Shown piece after piece: positions 1-9,634 of a stretch of 64,000 nucleotides of DNA. The notes below the pieces were generated by a model, which was not told the origin of the DNA, did not search any database, and saw only the letters and a list, made by a program, of their open reading frames with translations. The DNA is from Nitrospirota bacterium (lineage in GTDB: Bacteria; Nitrospirota; Thermodesulfovibrionia; Thermodesulfovibrionales; Dissulfurispiraceae): NCBI GenBank assembly GCA_963790025.1, contig CAWBMP010000004.1, positions 128,001 to 192,000 of the forward strand, given 5' to 3'. The translations under genes and the position numbers were made by a program. Positions within the stretch are counted from its first letter, which is position 1; each line of letters begins with the position of its first letter.

Positions 1-321
1 CACCTTGGGGGCACTTTAGATGTCATTTTGGAGTCTTCGAGCGTTGGAGCCGAGATAACCATCGCTGATAACGGTTGCGGAATAAAAGAAGATGCTTTAA
101 CAGAAATATTCAATCCTTTTTTTACGACCAAAGAGACGGGTACAGGTCTCGGCCTCACCATCAGCAAAAAAATACTCGAGGAACATGGGGCAAAAATAGT
201 TATTACAAGTGAGTCTGGGCAAGGAACTACATTTAAAATATCTTTTCCATCTCATTGCCTGCTTATTGCTCCAGATAATGTTGACAATGCTGCCGATGTG
301 ACGCAATTACCACTTTACTAA
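1..321 (+). CDS. Histidine kinase, C-terminal HATPase_c part (5' end outside window)
   Basis: G1/F/G2 boxes IADNGCGI, IFNPFFTTK, GTGLGL, GTTF. Confidence 0.85.
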   Translation, partial: HLGGTLDVILESSSVGAEITIADNGCGIKEDALTEIFNPFFTTKETGTGLGLTISKKILEEHGAKIVITSESGQGTTFKISFPSHCLLIAPDNVDNAADVTQLPLY

Positions 322-393
322 AAAGTTTAATTTTGACATAGTACGGATAATACGTTTATTTTAATACAATTGAGGAAAACTGAAATAAATCCA

Positions 394-1533
394 ATGGATT
401 CCACAAAGAACTCCGTCATACTCGTTATTGATGATGAAATAGGGCCAAGAGAAGCGCTCCGCATGATCTTGAAAGATACTTACACCGTTTTGACGGCGCG
501 TAATGCGGCAGAGGCCTATTCGGTGCTTGATAAGCATGAAGTAGCCGTTGTGCTGACTGACCTCGTTATGCCTGAGACAGATGGTATTGCGGTGCTGAAA
601 CAAGTCAAAGATACTTATCCGGATACGGAAGTCGTAATAGTAACTGCATACGCCTCTTTTGAAACCGCGCGGCAATCCATAAAACAGGACGTCTGTGACT
701 ATTTAGTCAAACCTTTTGATCGCGCTGACGTGCTCCTCGCAGTTAAAAAAGGGATAGAGCGGAGAAAAACGACCCAGTCAGTTCGTGAACAAATTCTGCA
801 GGCAGAGAAAATAAATACACTTTCAACACTCGCCTGCGGATTAACCCACGACTTAAAAAATAACCTGGCGACGATAATGATGTTCACTGACCTTGTAAAG
901 ACTGCCAACAATGACACGCTCAGTGGACCGGCCACAGTTATACAAAAAGAAGTGCGTCAGGCCTCACAACTCATCAATAAACTCCTTACTATCGGTGCCG
1001 CAAAAAAGACGGAATTTGCATATTTCGATATCAATTTGACAATCGCCGAAGTGTGCAGAATTTATGAAACAATCCCACCCAGCGTACCCGTGCATGTACG
1101 CTCAGACCCGGCTATAGGCCTATTCTATGGGTCTCAAATGCAGATAGAGCAGCTAATGAGCAACCTTCTCCTGAACGCAAAACAGGCTTCATCTGACAAT
1201 GGTGTAATAAAAGTAACAACATCTGTCACGGAAAAAGACAACGGTACAATTTCAACAGTTGATACCACGGGCATAAAAACATCGAAGTTCATTTGTATTA
1301 CAGTCGGCGACCAGGGCACTGGAATGAGCCCGGACGTCCTGTCACACATATTTGACCCTTTTTTCACGACAAAAAAAGGGAACAAAGGAACCGGACTCGG
1401 CCTATCAGTGGTACAAAATATTATAGAGGAACATCACGGGACCAGATCGGTTCAAAGCGAGAAGGGCAAAGGAACTACATTCACTATCATCCTGCCACAC
1501 AGAGAACAAGCTACCGTTCTGAATACAGAATAA
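394..1533 (+). CDS. Hybrid response regulator (REC)-histidine kinase
   Basis: REC (ILVIDDE, LTDLVMP, VTA, KPF), H-box HDLKNNL, NLLLNA, DQGTG, FDPFFTTK, GTGLGL; ATG 394 preferred over TTG 370. Confidence 0.9.
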   Translation: MDSTKNSVILVIDDEIGPREALRMILKDTYTVLTARNAAEAYSVLDKHEVAVVLTDLVMPETDGIAVLKQVKDTYPDTEVVIVTAYASFETARQSIKQDVCDYLVKPFDRADVLLAVKKGIERRKTTQSVREQILQAEKINTLSTLACGLTHDLKNNLATIMMFTDLVKTANNDTLSGPATVIQKEVRQASQLINKLLTIGAAKKTEFAYFDINLTIAEVCRIYETIPPSVPVHVRSDPAIGLFYGSQMQIEQLMSNLLLNAKQASSDNGVIKVTTSVTEKDNGTISTVDTTGIKTSKFICITVGDQGTGMSPDVLSHIFDPFFTTKKGNKGTGLGLSVVQNIIEEHHGTRSVQSEKGKGTTFTIILPHREQATVLNTE

Positions 1534-1559
1534 TTTAAGCCAGGGGTCAACCGAGTAGA

Positions 1560-1958
1560 CTACGTCAACCATTCCAGAGATACAAGATTCCCAAGTTTCT
1601 CGAATTCCCTGTCGCCTGTGACGATAGAACAGCTGTGCTTAACAGCCAAAGCAGCAGCAAAACAATCGCCAAGAGTTATTGAATGATTTGCCTTCAACTG
1701 AGAAACATGATACATAAAATCTTTATCTACCTCAATCATTTGTATGGGTAGTTGCTCAAATATCAAGAGGAAATCTTCAGCTTTCCCGGACCCTTTTGAA
1801 CGGCGTAGGGAATAATAAACCTCACCAGTTGACTACGCTCATTATGAGGTCAGCCCCCCCTTCTCCGCTTGTTCAAGCAACTTTTGCACTTTACCGGCAC
1901 CTGGCTCATCCTCAAAGTAAGCCAACAAGGCATAGCTATCAAGAACAAGGGTTTTCAT
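1560..1958 (-). pseudogene. vapC: PIN-domain (VapC-like) toxin, disrupted by two compensating frameshifts
   Basis: ATG 1958 gives MKTLVLDSYALLAYFEDEPG; C-terminal part has SITLGDCFAAALA and IVTGDREF; in-frame TAA/TGA/TAG at 1844-1833; ATGA overlap with antitoxin stop. Confidence 0.85.
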
Positions 1959-2185
1959 CTCTTGGCCTCTTCCTTCCGGTCATTCATCAGTGCCTTGAGA
2001 GCAGAATTGCCTTTCTTAAAAAAACCTCGTGCCTCTTTGATCGCTTCCCTGAATAACGGCCTGATAATGATATCATTGTCTTTTTCAAAAATCGCCGGTT
2101 TCGTACCCTTTACGATGTTGTGTTTCTTCCGAATATCGGCAGGAATTACTACCTGCCCCTTTTCGGTTGTCATTGCTATTATCAC
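1955..2185 (-). CDS. AbrB/MazE/SpoVT-family antitoxin
   Basis: TEKGQVVIPADIRKK motif; AGGAGG upstream of GTG; coupled to the PIN gene. Confidence 0.9.
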   Translation of the reverse strand: MIIAMTTEKGQVVIPADIRKKHNIVKGTKPAIFEKDNDIIIRPLFREAIKEARGFFKKGNSALKALMNDRKEEAKR

Positions 2186-2442
2186 GTAACCCTCCTATCG
2201 CCACTGTAGTATTATTTATACAAAGTATACATAATGGCTATATTATCTGCATATTATAAATAAGTTGGAATATAATGAGCATATCCCCCAATGTTCCTCA
2301 CTTTAAGAGTCATATTTGGCGCAATCTGGTACGATGGAAATCACATGTCTGCTTCATCTGTCAGTAGCGCATTTTTTTAAAGAAAAAAAAGTTTTTTCTC
2401 TAACTTTAATGTATAATGGTTCGTCGAACTCATTGGGGCTTT

Positions 2443-2814
2443 ATGAAAAAGAAAAAAAACAAGAAAATACTGATGATTGATGATGATGTGGCCTTTCTGT
2501 CGCTCATGCAGGCAGTTTGCAAGAGCTATGAACTGGTCCTGTGTTCAAATCTCAGTGAAGCAAGATCGGCATTAAAGAAACTTGATGCTGATTTAATCTT
2601 CTTAGATGTCATGATGCCCGATGGAAATGGCATTGAATTTATCGACGAAATCAAGACATCTGGGAACACGGCCCCTATAGTGTTGCTGACAGCGGTAAAT
2701 AAGGGCACTGCAGTCAGCGATGCTTATAAGAAAGGTATTGCTGATTTCATATTGAAGCCCTTTCCTTCCTTTCAGAAGGTCAGGGACGTTATAGTCAAAT
2801 TAACTGGAGAATGA
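2443..2814 (+). CDS. Single-domain response regulator (REC)
   Basis: ILMIDDD, FLDVMMPDGNG, LLTA, KPF; alternative ATG at 2416. Confidence 0.9.
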   Translation: MKKKKNKKILMIDDDVAFLSLMQAVCKSYELVLCSNLSEARSALKKLDADLIFLDVMMPDGNGIEFIDEIKTSGNTAPIVLLTAVNKGTAVSDAYKKGIADFILKPFPSFQKVRDVIVKLTGE

Positions 2815-2817
2815 ATA

Positions 2818-3555
2818 ATGTATTTACTTTCCTATATAAAGAGAAAGATGAAAGAGAAAAAACTGCGGGCGGTTGATGTTTTTCACCTTAGTCATAATAT
2901 CGTAAAGATGCCGATGCTTGCGATGATCATGCAGGGCGTGGTCCCGCAAAAGCTTCAGATAGTGGATTCCCTTGCAGAAGCGCTCGAAGAGGATAAAATG
3001 AAACTCAGGAGATTGGTCGTTCTTGACCTCCATGAACAGAAGATAAATGAATTTGGCCTGACCCCGCAGCAAGTTTCCAAAGAGGCAAAATCTCATAAGT
3101 TATTCTGGATACCAATATTTGACGTGTCCAATTTGAAAGATTGTCTCTCAGACACTGGATATCCCGAGCCTATGAAGGCGGCGGGCTGGTTACAGGTTGG
3201 CCTTAACTACGGCGAATACGCTTACGCCGTGCAGATCCCTGACGATAGTATGTGGCCCCGTGTTGCGCCTGAAGAGGTGGCAATTTTTTCCCAGGATTAC
3301 TCCTTTGGTGAAAGAGATTTCGGGCTGGTTGCAGGTCGGAAGGATGGCGTGAAACAAATAGAACTTGGCGAAATTTCCAACACTCGCACATTCTACATTG
3401 TAGAGAAAGTTATTCATAGTAAATATTATACGACACAATTTAAGCCGAGTGAATTGCTCTTTGCTCACAAAGCAGTTGCTATAAGTCTGCTGCCTTATAG
3501 TCAACGCAAATCTGCAAACACAAAAAGAAAAAATAAATCCGACTCAAATGGATAA
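2818..3555 (+). CDS. XRE-like HTH plus S24 (LexA/CI-like) domain regulator, divergent
   Basis: Helical N-terminus with XRE-like pattern (...MQGVVPQ...SLAEAL); WIPIFD and AYAVQIPDDSMWP resemble the S24 GDSMxP motif. Confidence 0.6.
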   Translation: MYLLSYIKRKMKEKKLRAVDVFHLSHNIVKMPMLAMIMQGVVPQKLQIVDSLAEALEEDKMKLRRLVVLDLHEQKINEFGLTPQQVSKEAKSHKLFWIPIFDVSNLKDCLSDTGYPEPMKAAGWLQVGLNYGEYAYAVQIPDDSMWPRVAPEEVAIFSQDYSFGERDFGLVAGRKDGVKQIELGEISNTRTFYIVEKVIHSKYYTTQFKPSELLFAHKAVAISLLPYSQRKSANTKRKNKSDSNG

Positions 3556-3594
3556 GCACTATAAGATAACTTTCATTTCTTCTGGTACTGAATT

Positions 3595-4149
3595 ATGAGC
3601 AAGATGGACATGAAGAAGGAATTCCATTCGGCAAAGACATCTCAGACAATTGTCGATGTCTTTTTCAATAATTTATGGTCACTTATCCCGGAAGAGCGCG
3701 ACGATTTTATATGTAACCACGGTCACCTGTGCAGAAGCGCATTGGAGCAACTTCTCAAATTCTTAGATTTTTTTGATGCCGACGCACCAGTTCAGGAAAA
3801 AGAAGGCGACATATTGATATACGACGACAATACTGCTTTTGCGGGCCTGCTTAAAGCCTTATTGAGCTCTAATGGCCATGCATCAAAAGTGGTCCGGTCG
3901 GTTGGCGAACTTAATCAATATCTCGACAAACACAATGGTCAACTTTGCCTTTTGCTTGATATCGTAATCGGTGATATCAGTGGAGCTGACCTGGCAGTTT
4001 CACTTAAAGAGACCTATCCTGTTCTCAAGATAATACTGATCTCCGGTGATGTGGCAACTCCGGCGGTGGAGAATCTGATAGCAACAGGTGTAGTGTCAAA
4101 ATATCTTGCTAAGCCATTTACATACGAAGAACTTAAGACAGTTTTATAA
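3595..4149 (+). CDS. Response regulator REC domain with ~70 aa uncharacterised N-terminal region
   Basis: ILIYDDN, LLLDIVIGDISG, LISG, AKPF. Confidence 0.85.
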   Translation: MSKMDMKKEFHSAKTSQTIVDVFFNNLWSLIPEERDDFICNHGHLCRSALEQLLKFLDFFDADAPVQEKEGDILIYDDNTAFAGLLKALLSSNGHASKVVRSVGELNQYLDKHNGQLCLLLDIVIGDISGADLAVSLKETYPVLKIILISGDVATPAVENLIATGVVSKYLAKPFTYEELKTVL

Positions 4150-4257
4150 ATGCCTGATTTACTATCCGCGGTAACAGACAGTGTCAATTAAATAGTTTGA
4201 ACGTGTGACAAGCTTTTTTTTTATGTTGAACATGATTTTTTTTATTAAAAAAAAGTC

Positions 4258-4290
4258 TTGACAATTATTTTGTCCTTTCTATACTATAAT
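4258..4290 (+). promoter_or_regulatory. Putative sigma70 promoter for the ImmA/IrrE gene, with overlapping inverted repeat
   Basis: TTGACA 4258-4263; TATACT 4280-4285 or TACTAT 4282-4287; GACAA-N5-TTGTC at 4260-4274. Confidence 0.5.
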
Positions 4291-4432
4291 CGCACCAACA
4301 GATTTGTCTGCAGTGTTGAGCTTTGATCAACTAAAAAGTTTTAAAGAATGAATGAGGTGTTCAAGTTTTGCATTCGCTGCAGTGACAGTGATATTTATTT
4401 ATTTATTAATAACGTATGAGAACCGGTGGGCG

Positions 4433-4930
4433 ATGACTGAACAAGCAGTGCAATCTTTGGCTAAACGCTTCCTACGCAAACACGATATTACCGTGCCAAC
4501 CGATTTAAAAAAGATTCTCAAAATGCTAAACGCCGACCTCGTATATATAGAAATAGAGAAGCCGCGTTGCGTGAGCGGTGTTCTTATTCAGGTCGGCGAC
4601 TGCCGGGATAACTTTGTTATCGGGATAAACGCCCTTAATTCAGAGTATCATCGAAGGTTCGCCCTCGCGCATGAGATTGCGCATATTATCTTAAACCATT
4701 TCGAAACCGGTATGGTTTTGCATGCCGATATGGACAATTTTCTCCTGAGCCCATATCCAATGGAGCGCGAGGCCAACATCTTTGCCGCAGAACTCCTCAT
4801 CCCTACAGGCCATTTCAAAAGTATCGTCTATGAAAGCGGCTTGAGAAATGTGGAGCAACTCTGCAGGATGTATCAAGTATGCGAGCCGGCAATGCAGATC
4901 AAAATGCGGGAAATAGGCGTGACTGCATAG
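4433..4930 (+). CDS. ImmA/IrrE family (DUF955) metallo-endopeptidase
   Basis: RRFALAHEIAH (HExxH) and EREANIFAAELLIP; ATG 4433 preferred over 4352. Confidence 0.92.
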   Translation: MTEQAVQSLAKRFLRKHDITVPTDLKKILKMLNADLVYIEIEKPRCVSGVLIQVGDCRDNFVIGINALNSEYHRRFALAHEIAHIILNHFETGMVLHADMDNFLLSPYPMEREANIFAAELLIPTGHFKSIVYESGLRNVEQLCRMYQVCEPAMQIKMREIGVTA

Positions 4931-4961
4931 GTCACCAGAGAAAAGTCAATTATTGAAGGAA

Positions 4962-5036
<75 letters not shown>

Positions 5037-5098
5037 AAAACAACAAGTTAAAAATTAGTATATCATATGCTGTTCCAAATTGGGAACAAAGTCAGCAG

Positions 5099-7231
5099 TT
5101 ATTCGAATTGCTGTTCCAGCAGTTCGGCGGTATGAATAACCTTAATCGCCGCCCCCTCTTTATCAAACCCTCCCCTGATCTGCATAACGCAGCCTGGGCA
5201 ATCCATAGCAACTACTGGGACTGAAGCGGCCCTGATGTTCTGGAGCTTGCGCTGCAGGATGGGCGCGGATATTTCTGGTAGTTTCAGTGAATAGGAACCT
5301 CCCATTCCGCAGCACATGTCGGACTCGAACATCTCGACCAGCTCGAATCCCGCCTTTTTCATAAGCGCCCTCGGCTCATCGTGGACGTTCAGCGTCCTCT
5401 TCAAATGGCAGGAGTCGTGATAAGTATACTTTCCGAGTTGTTGTCCCTCTTTGAATGTCAGGCGGCCTTTATCGACAAGTGTCATGATCAGGGTGGAAAA
5501 ATCCATTGCCCTGGCAGAAACCTCACGCGCTTTGGGCATCCAGTCACTCCTGGCCAGGCTTTCGAACGTGTTGATGAATTCGTGTTTCAATGCTACGGTG
5601 CATGTTGGACAGGCTGATATGATATATGCGGCATCTTCTTTCAGCAGGGCTTTTATGTTATCGACAGCATTTTGCGCAGCAACCTCGTAAGCGCCGCTAT
5701 ACCGTGCCGGTGCTCCGCAGCAGGTCTGCTCATCAGGGAATACGACCTCTATGCCGGCCTTGTTCAATATCCTGACAATCGCCTGTCCCGTACCGGGATA
5801 GGCAAAATCAATGAGGCATCCGGCAAAGAAAGCGGCTTTCTCCTTAAGTTTCGGCTGCCTGATCTCCTTGAACTTGTCCCTGAAAGGCACATCTGCTATG
5901 GCAGGCAGGCTTCTGAATTCAGTAAGGTCCGACAGGAACATCGGCAGATGGCGGATAAGGCCTTCCTTTGAAAAAGGCCTCTGCGTGATCGATGCGGCGC
6001 GAAGCATTGAATGGAAAAGCCTGCGGTTGTTCACTACGGAGAAAATCGCCTTCTGGGTCAGCGACTGTCCCTCGTCCTTCACAAGCCTGCGCCTGATCTC
6101 GAGGATCAGGTCAGGGATGTCGATCTTTGCCGGACATATCTCTTTACAGTTGCCGCATTGGATGCAGAGCCCCTGGATATCTTCCGCTTTCTTCAGTTCA
6201 TCGAACCATGCAGTGAGTATGGTGCCTATGCCGCCCGTATATATTTTTCCAAAAACATGGCCGCCTACCAGCCTGAAGACCGGGCAGACATTGAGACAAG
6301 AGGCGCAACGGATGCACTGAAGCGCTTGTTTGAACTTGGGGTCATTCGCCATCTCGGTCCTGCGGTTGTCCATGAGGATGATATGGAGGTCCTTGAGCGA
6401 ACCGTCAGTATTAGGGACCTGTCCGGTAATAATCGATACATAGCTGGTCAGCAACTGGGCCGTGGCACTCTTCGGCAAAGCCGTCACAATTGGGACGATG
6501 TCTTCAAATTTAGCAACGAGCTTTTCGATGCCGATGATAGCGACATGTACCTTGGGAAGGGTAGTGACAAGACGTGCGTTGCCTTCATTGGTGATTATTA
6601 CTATGCTGCCGGTTTCGGCCACAGCGATGTTCGCGCCAGAGATGCCCATGTCGGCATTGATAAACTTGGTCCTCAACTCTCTCCGTGCCAACTTGACAAG
6701 ACGCGGGATGTCGGTGCTCAGGCGTTCATTGACTTCTTTGCTGAACAGCTCGGCTACCTCTTCCTTGGTCATGTGGATCGCAGGAAGGACCATGTGTGAC
6801 GGCGTCTGCCCTGCCAGCTGGATAATCCACTCCCCCAGGTCGGTCTCACTAACAGAGATACCGCGTTCTTTAAGAAAGGGATTCAAATGGATCTCTTCCG
6901 ATGCCATCGACTTGGACTTCACTACGCTCCTGACTCCGTTTTCCTGCGCGACCTTTAAGACATACTCCCTGACCTTCTCGGGACTCTTCGTCCTGAAGAC
7001 CCTGGCCCCTTTCGCCTCGGCATTCCGGGTAAAAAGCTCCGCCAGCACTTCAAGGTGAGAGGCGGCATAGGACTTCAATTCTGCTATCCTGGTCCTAAGT
7101 GCCTCGAAATCCGTCCCTTCGTAAGCCTTGGCGCGGCTGGTTCTGTATGCCTCCGAGAACCTGCCGAGTGCGCCGGTCAGGTTCGCATTGTGCAAAGCCT
7201 TATTTATCGATTCCCTGAATTCTTTTTTCAT
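5099..7231 (-). CDS. ldhH: L-lactate dehydrogenase large subunit (LutB/LUD + 4Fe-4S + CCG domains; LldH/LdhH type)
   Basis: VKSKSMASEEI, ETDLGEWIIQL, PSHMVLPAIH, CIRCASCLNVCP, CCG motifs. Confidence 0.88.
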   Translation of the reverse strand: MKKEFRESINKALHNANLTGALGRFSEAYRTSRAKAYEGTDFEALRTRIAELKSYAASHLEVLAELFTRNAEAKGARVFRTKSPEKVREYVLKVAQENGVRSVVKSKSMASEEIHLNPFLKERGISVSETDLGEWIIQLAGQTPSHMVLPAIHMTKEEVAELFSKEVNERLSTDIPRLVKLARRELRTKFINADMGISGANIAVAETGSIVIITNEGNARLVTTLPKVHVAIIGIEKLVAKFEDIVPIVTALPKSATAQLLTSYVSIITGQVPNTDGSLKDLHIILMDNRRTEMANDPKFKQALQCIRCASCLNVCPVFRLVGGHVFGKIYTGGIGTILTAWFDELKKAEDIQGLCIQCGNCKEICPAKIDIPDLILEIRRRLVKDEGQSLTQKAIFSVVNNRRLFHSMLRAASITQRPFSKEGLIRHLPMFLSDLTEFRSLPAIADVPFRDKFKEIRQPKLKEKAAFFAGCLIDFAYPGTGQAIVRILNKAGIEVVFPDEQTCCGAPARYSGAYEVAAQNAVDNIKALLKEDAAYIISACPTCTVALKHEFINTFESLARSDWMPKAREVSARAMDFSTLIMTLVDKGRLTFKEGQQLGKYTYHDSCHLKRTLNVHDEPRALMKKAGFELVEMFESDMCCGMGGSYSLKLPEISAPILQRKLQNIRAASVPVVAMDCPGCVMQIRGGFDKEGAAIKVIHTAELLEQQFE

Positions 7232-7782
7232 CAGTTCATCGCTCCCAGCTCATCGACAAAGATGATGATGAGCCTTTCAGGACCGTGAACGCCGATGGTG
7301 AGAACACGCTCGATGTCTGCTGTCCGGCTCGGACCGGTGATCATTGCAATATAGCCGCTCTCCGCGGGACCGATCTTCGTTAAAAGAGATGGCATGTCTG
7401 CAAGAAGCCTGTCCGTGGCAACCAGGGCTATGTGTATAAGGGGCAGCGAAGATGCCAACCGCTGCCCCACGGCGGTCGAGTCCTGTGCCAGTGAGCCCGT
7501 ATTTGCTATGGCCCAGTCCATCTGGGTAATACCAATCCTGGATTCCACAGCAGCTTCACGGCTTACATCGAACTTCAGACCCGGAACTTTCTCTGAAAGC
7601 TGCTTCTTGTCAAACCCATTTAGAAAACTGCATTCGGCCCAAACAGCATAGGACTGCGGTTGATCAGCAACGCCTTCTTTTTTTAGCATATCCATAATAA
7701 AATCGAGGGCCTCTCTCCTGGCCGAAAAATGATGGACCTCTGCGCTCACCGCCTCAGCCCGGGTCTTGAATAACTCAAACAT
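7231..7782 (-). CDS. lutC: Lactate utilisation protein C (LUD domain; LutC/LldG)
   Basis: ITGPSRTADIERVLTIGVHGP. Confidence 0.9.
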   Translation of the reverse strand: MFELFKTRAEAVSAEVHHFSARREALDFIMDMLKKEGVADQPQSYAVWAECSFLNGFDKKQLSEKVPGLKFDVSREAAVESRIGITQMDWAIANTGSLAQDSTAVGQRLASSLPLIHIALVATDRLLADMPSLLTKIGPAESGYIAMITGPSRTADIERVLTIGVHGPERLIIIFVDELGAMN

Positions 7783-7808
7783 GAAAGTTCCTCCCCTATC
7801 GCTTTCCG

Positions 7809-9581
7809 CTACTCCCTCGCCGGGTTACCTATCACCCTGGACAGCACCGTTACAAGCAATGCGAGACCGACGGTTACAGCAAGATAGAGCAACCCGTCCG
7901 AAGGGAACGCGGGTTTTGCAGCGGCAGCCGCCGCAGCGACTGCGGGAGTTACAACTGCCGCCTTTGCTGAGACAGGGACAATCCACTTGATGACATATGC
8001 CTGCAATAACGCCATCACACCTATAACGGCGGTGAGTATGATCGAATGTTTGATGGTAAAACGGAAAATATCCGATTCATGCCCGACAAGACCAACGGCC
8101 GCGGTTGCCACTGAAAGTGATTGGGGTGAGATCATCTTCCCGCACACGCCTCCCGAAGAGTTTGCTCCCACGGTGACCACAGGATCGACGCCTATCTGTG
8201 TAGCGGTCACGTACTGAAGCTTTCCGAAGAGTGCGTTGGAAGACGTGTCCGATCCGGTCATGAAGACACCAAGCCATCCGAGAAATGCCGCGAAGAAAGG
8301 AAATAGAAAGCCGGTCATTGCAAAGGCATTGCCGAGGGTAATCACCATTCCCGAGAAGTTAAAAATATAAGCAAACCCGAGAATCGACGAGATTGTCAGG
8401 ACAGGAAGGCGAAGCTTCTTCAGGGTATCTCCGGCTACGGCCAATGCTGTCGAAATCGATGAGCCCATAACAGGTATGGAGAATAACGCTACGAACAGGA
8501 TGGCCGTGCCTGTAGCGCTAAGGGTGTTGAACAGGTAAACAGCGGCCATCGGCTTTCCACCCCTGATAACCATGTTATGGAGTCCGGCTATCGGGAACTT
8601 GACCAGGCCGTAAAAATCGAGGGCGGCCTTGATGGGCTTGATGCCCCAGGCAGCGACAAATATTGAGAGGATCAGAAAAGGCGCCCATGCCCTGAAGACC
8701 TGCCCGCCTGTGCAGCCGAGTTTCCCCCTGCCGCAGGCTGCTGCTTCATGGTCGAAGGTCCAGCTCTCCTTGGGGTGCCAGAACCTGAGAAAAAAGGTGA
8801 GGCATATAATTGAGGCAAGAGACGCCAGGATATCCGGGAGCATGGGTCCCAGGAAGTTTGAAGATAAATACTGTACGAGTGCAAACGATCCGCCGCTGAC
8901 AAGACAGGCAGGCCAAACCTCTACACCCTTCTTCCAGCCTGACATAAGCACCACAAGGTAAAGAGGGATCAGGACACTAAGGAAAGGCAAGGTCCGTCCG
9001 ACCATCTGGCTGAGCGCCATCTGGTCAACGCCGGCAACCTGGGCGCCGACTATGATCGGTATTCCAATGGCCCCAAATGCGACCGGGGCGGTGTTGGCTA
9101 TAAGGCAGATGCCGGCTGCATAGAGCGGGACGAAGCCGAGTCCCATCAGCATCGCTGCAGTAATGGCGACCGGTGCTCCGAAACCTGCTGCTCCCTCGAG
9201 AAACGCGCCGAAAGAAAAGGCTATCAGAAGGGCCTGCATGCGCCTGTCATCCGAGATGGCGGCCAGCGAATTCTTGATGATCTCGAACTGTCCCGTCTTG
9301 ACAGAAAGGTTGTAGATAAAAAGGGCAGTGACGATGATCCACGACACCGGCCACAAGCCGAACAGACATCCGTTCAACGTAGAAAGCACGGCATATTTGA
9401 CCGGCATTCCGTAGCCGACAATGGCAATGAACAGGGCTATCGCAACGGCGCTCATGGCAGCCCAGTGTCCGGCCATCCTTTTGAACGCCAAAGCCCAGAA
9501 CAGGTAGAGCACCGGTACAGCCGCCATCAGGGCGGAAAGACCGAGATTTCCCAAAGGATCAGTAACTGTTTGCCAAGGCAT
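7809..9581 (-). CDS. lctP: Lactate permease
   Basis: FLEGAAGFGAPVAI, ANTAPVAFGAIG, TGSDTSSNALFG, GKMISPQS. Confidence 0.95.
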   Translation of the reverse strand: MPWQTVTDPLGNLGLSALMAAVPVLYLFWALAFKRMAGHWAAMSAVAIALFIAIVGYGMPVKYAVLSTLNGCLFGLWPVSWIIVTALFIYNLSVKTGQFEIIKNSLAAISDDRRMQALLIAFSFGAFLEGAAGFGAPVAITAAMLMGLGFVPLYAAGICLIANTAPVAFGAIGIPIIVGAQVAGVDQMALSQMVGRTLPFLSVLIPLYLVVLMSGWKKGVEVWPACLVSGGSFALVQYLSSNFLGPMLPDILASLASIICLTFFLRFWHPKESWTFDHEAAACGRGKLGCTGGQVFRAWAPFLILSIFVAAWGIKPIKAALDFYGLVKFPIAGLHNMVIRGGKPMAAVYLFNTLSATGTAILFVALFSIPVMGSSISTALAVAGDTLKKLRLPVLTISSILGFAYIFNFSGMVITLGNAFAMTGFLFPFFAAFLGWLGVFMTGSDTSSNALFGKLQYVTATQIGVDPVVTVGANSSGGVCGKMISPQSLSVATAAVGLVGHESDIFRFTIKHSIILTAVIGVMALLQAYVIKWIVPVSAKAAVVTPAVAAAAAAAKPAFPSDGLLYLAVTVGLALLVTVLSRVIGNPARE

Positions 9582-9634
9582 ATTCTTCCTCCTCTTTTAA
9601 ACGAATAATGTTTGTTATGCTGTAACACACAACG

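Noticed and set aside
1833..1844. Stop-codon readthrough or recoding in the PIN gene
   Set aside because: Three different stops cluster in a segment whose family-like sequence is in another frame, which indicates frameshifts.
4930..4961. Integrase or prophage genes beside tRNA-Gly
   Set aside because: No recombinase or phage structural ORF is visible, so island status remains inferential.
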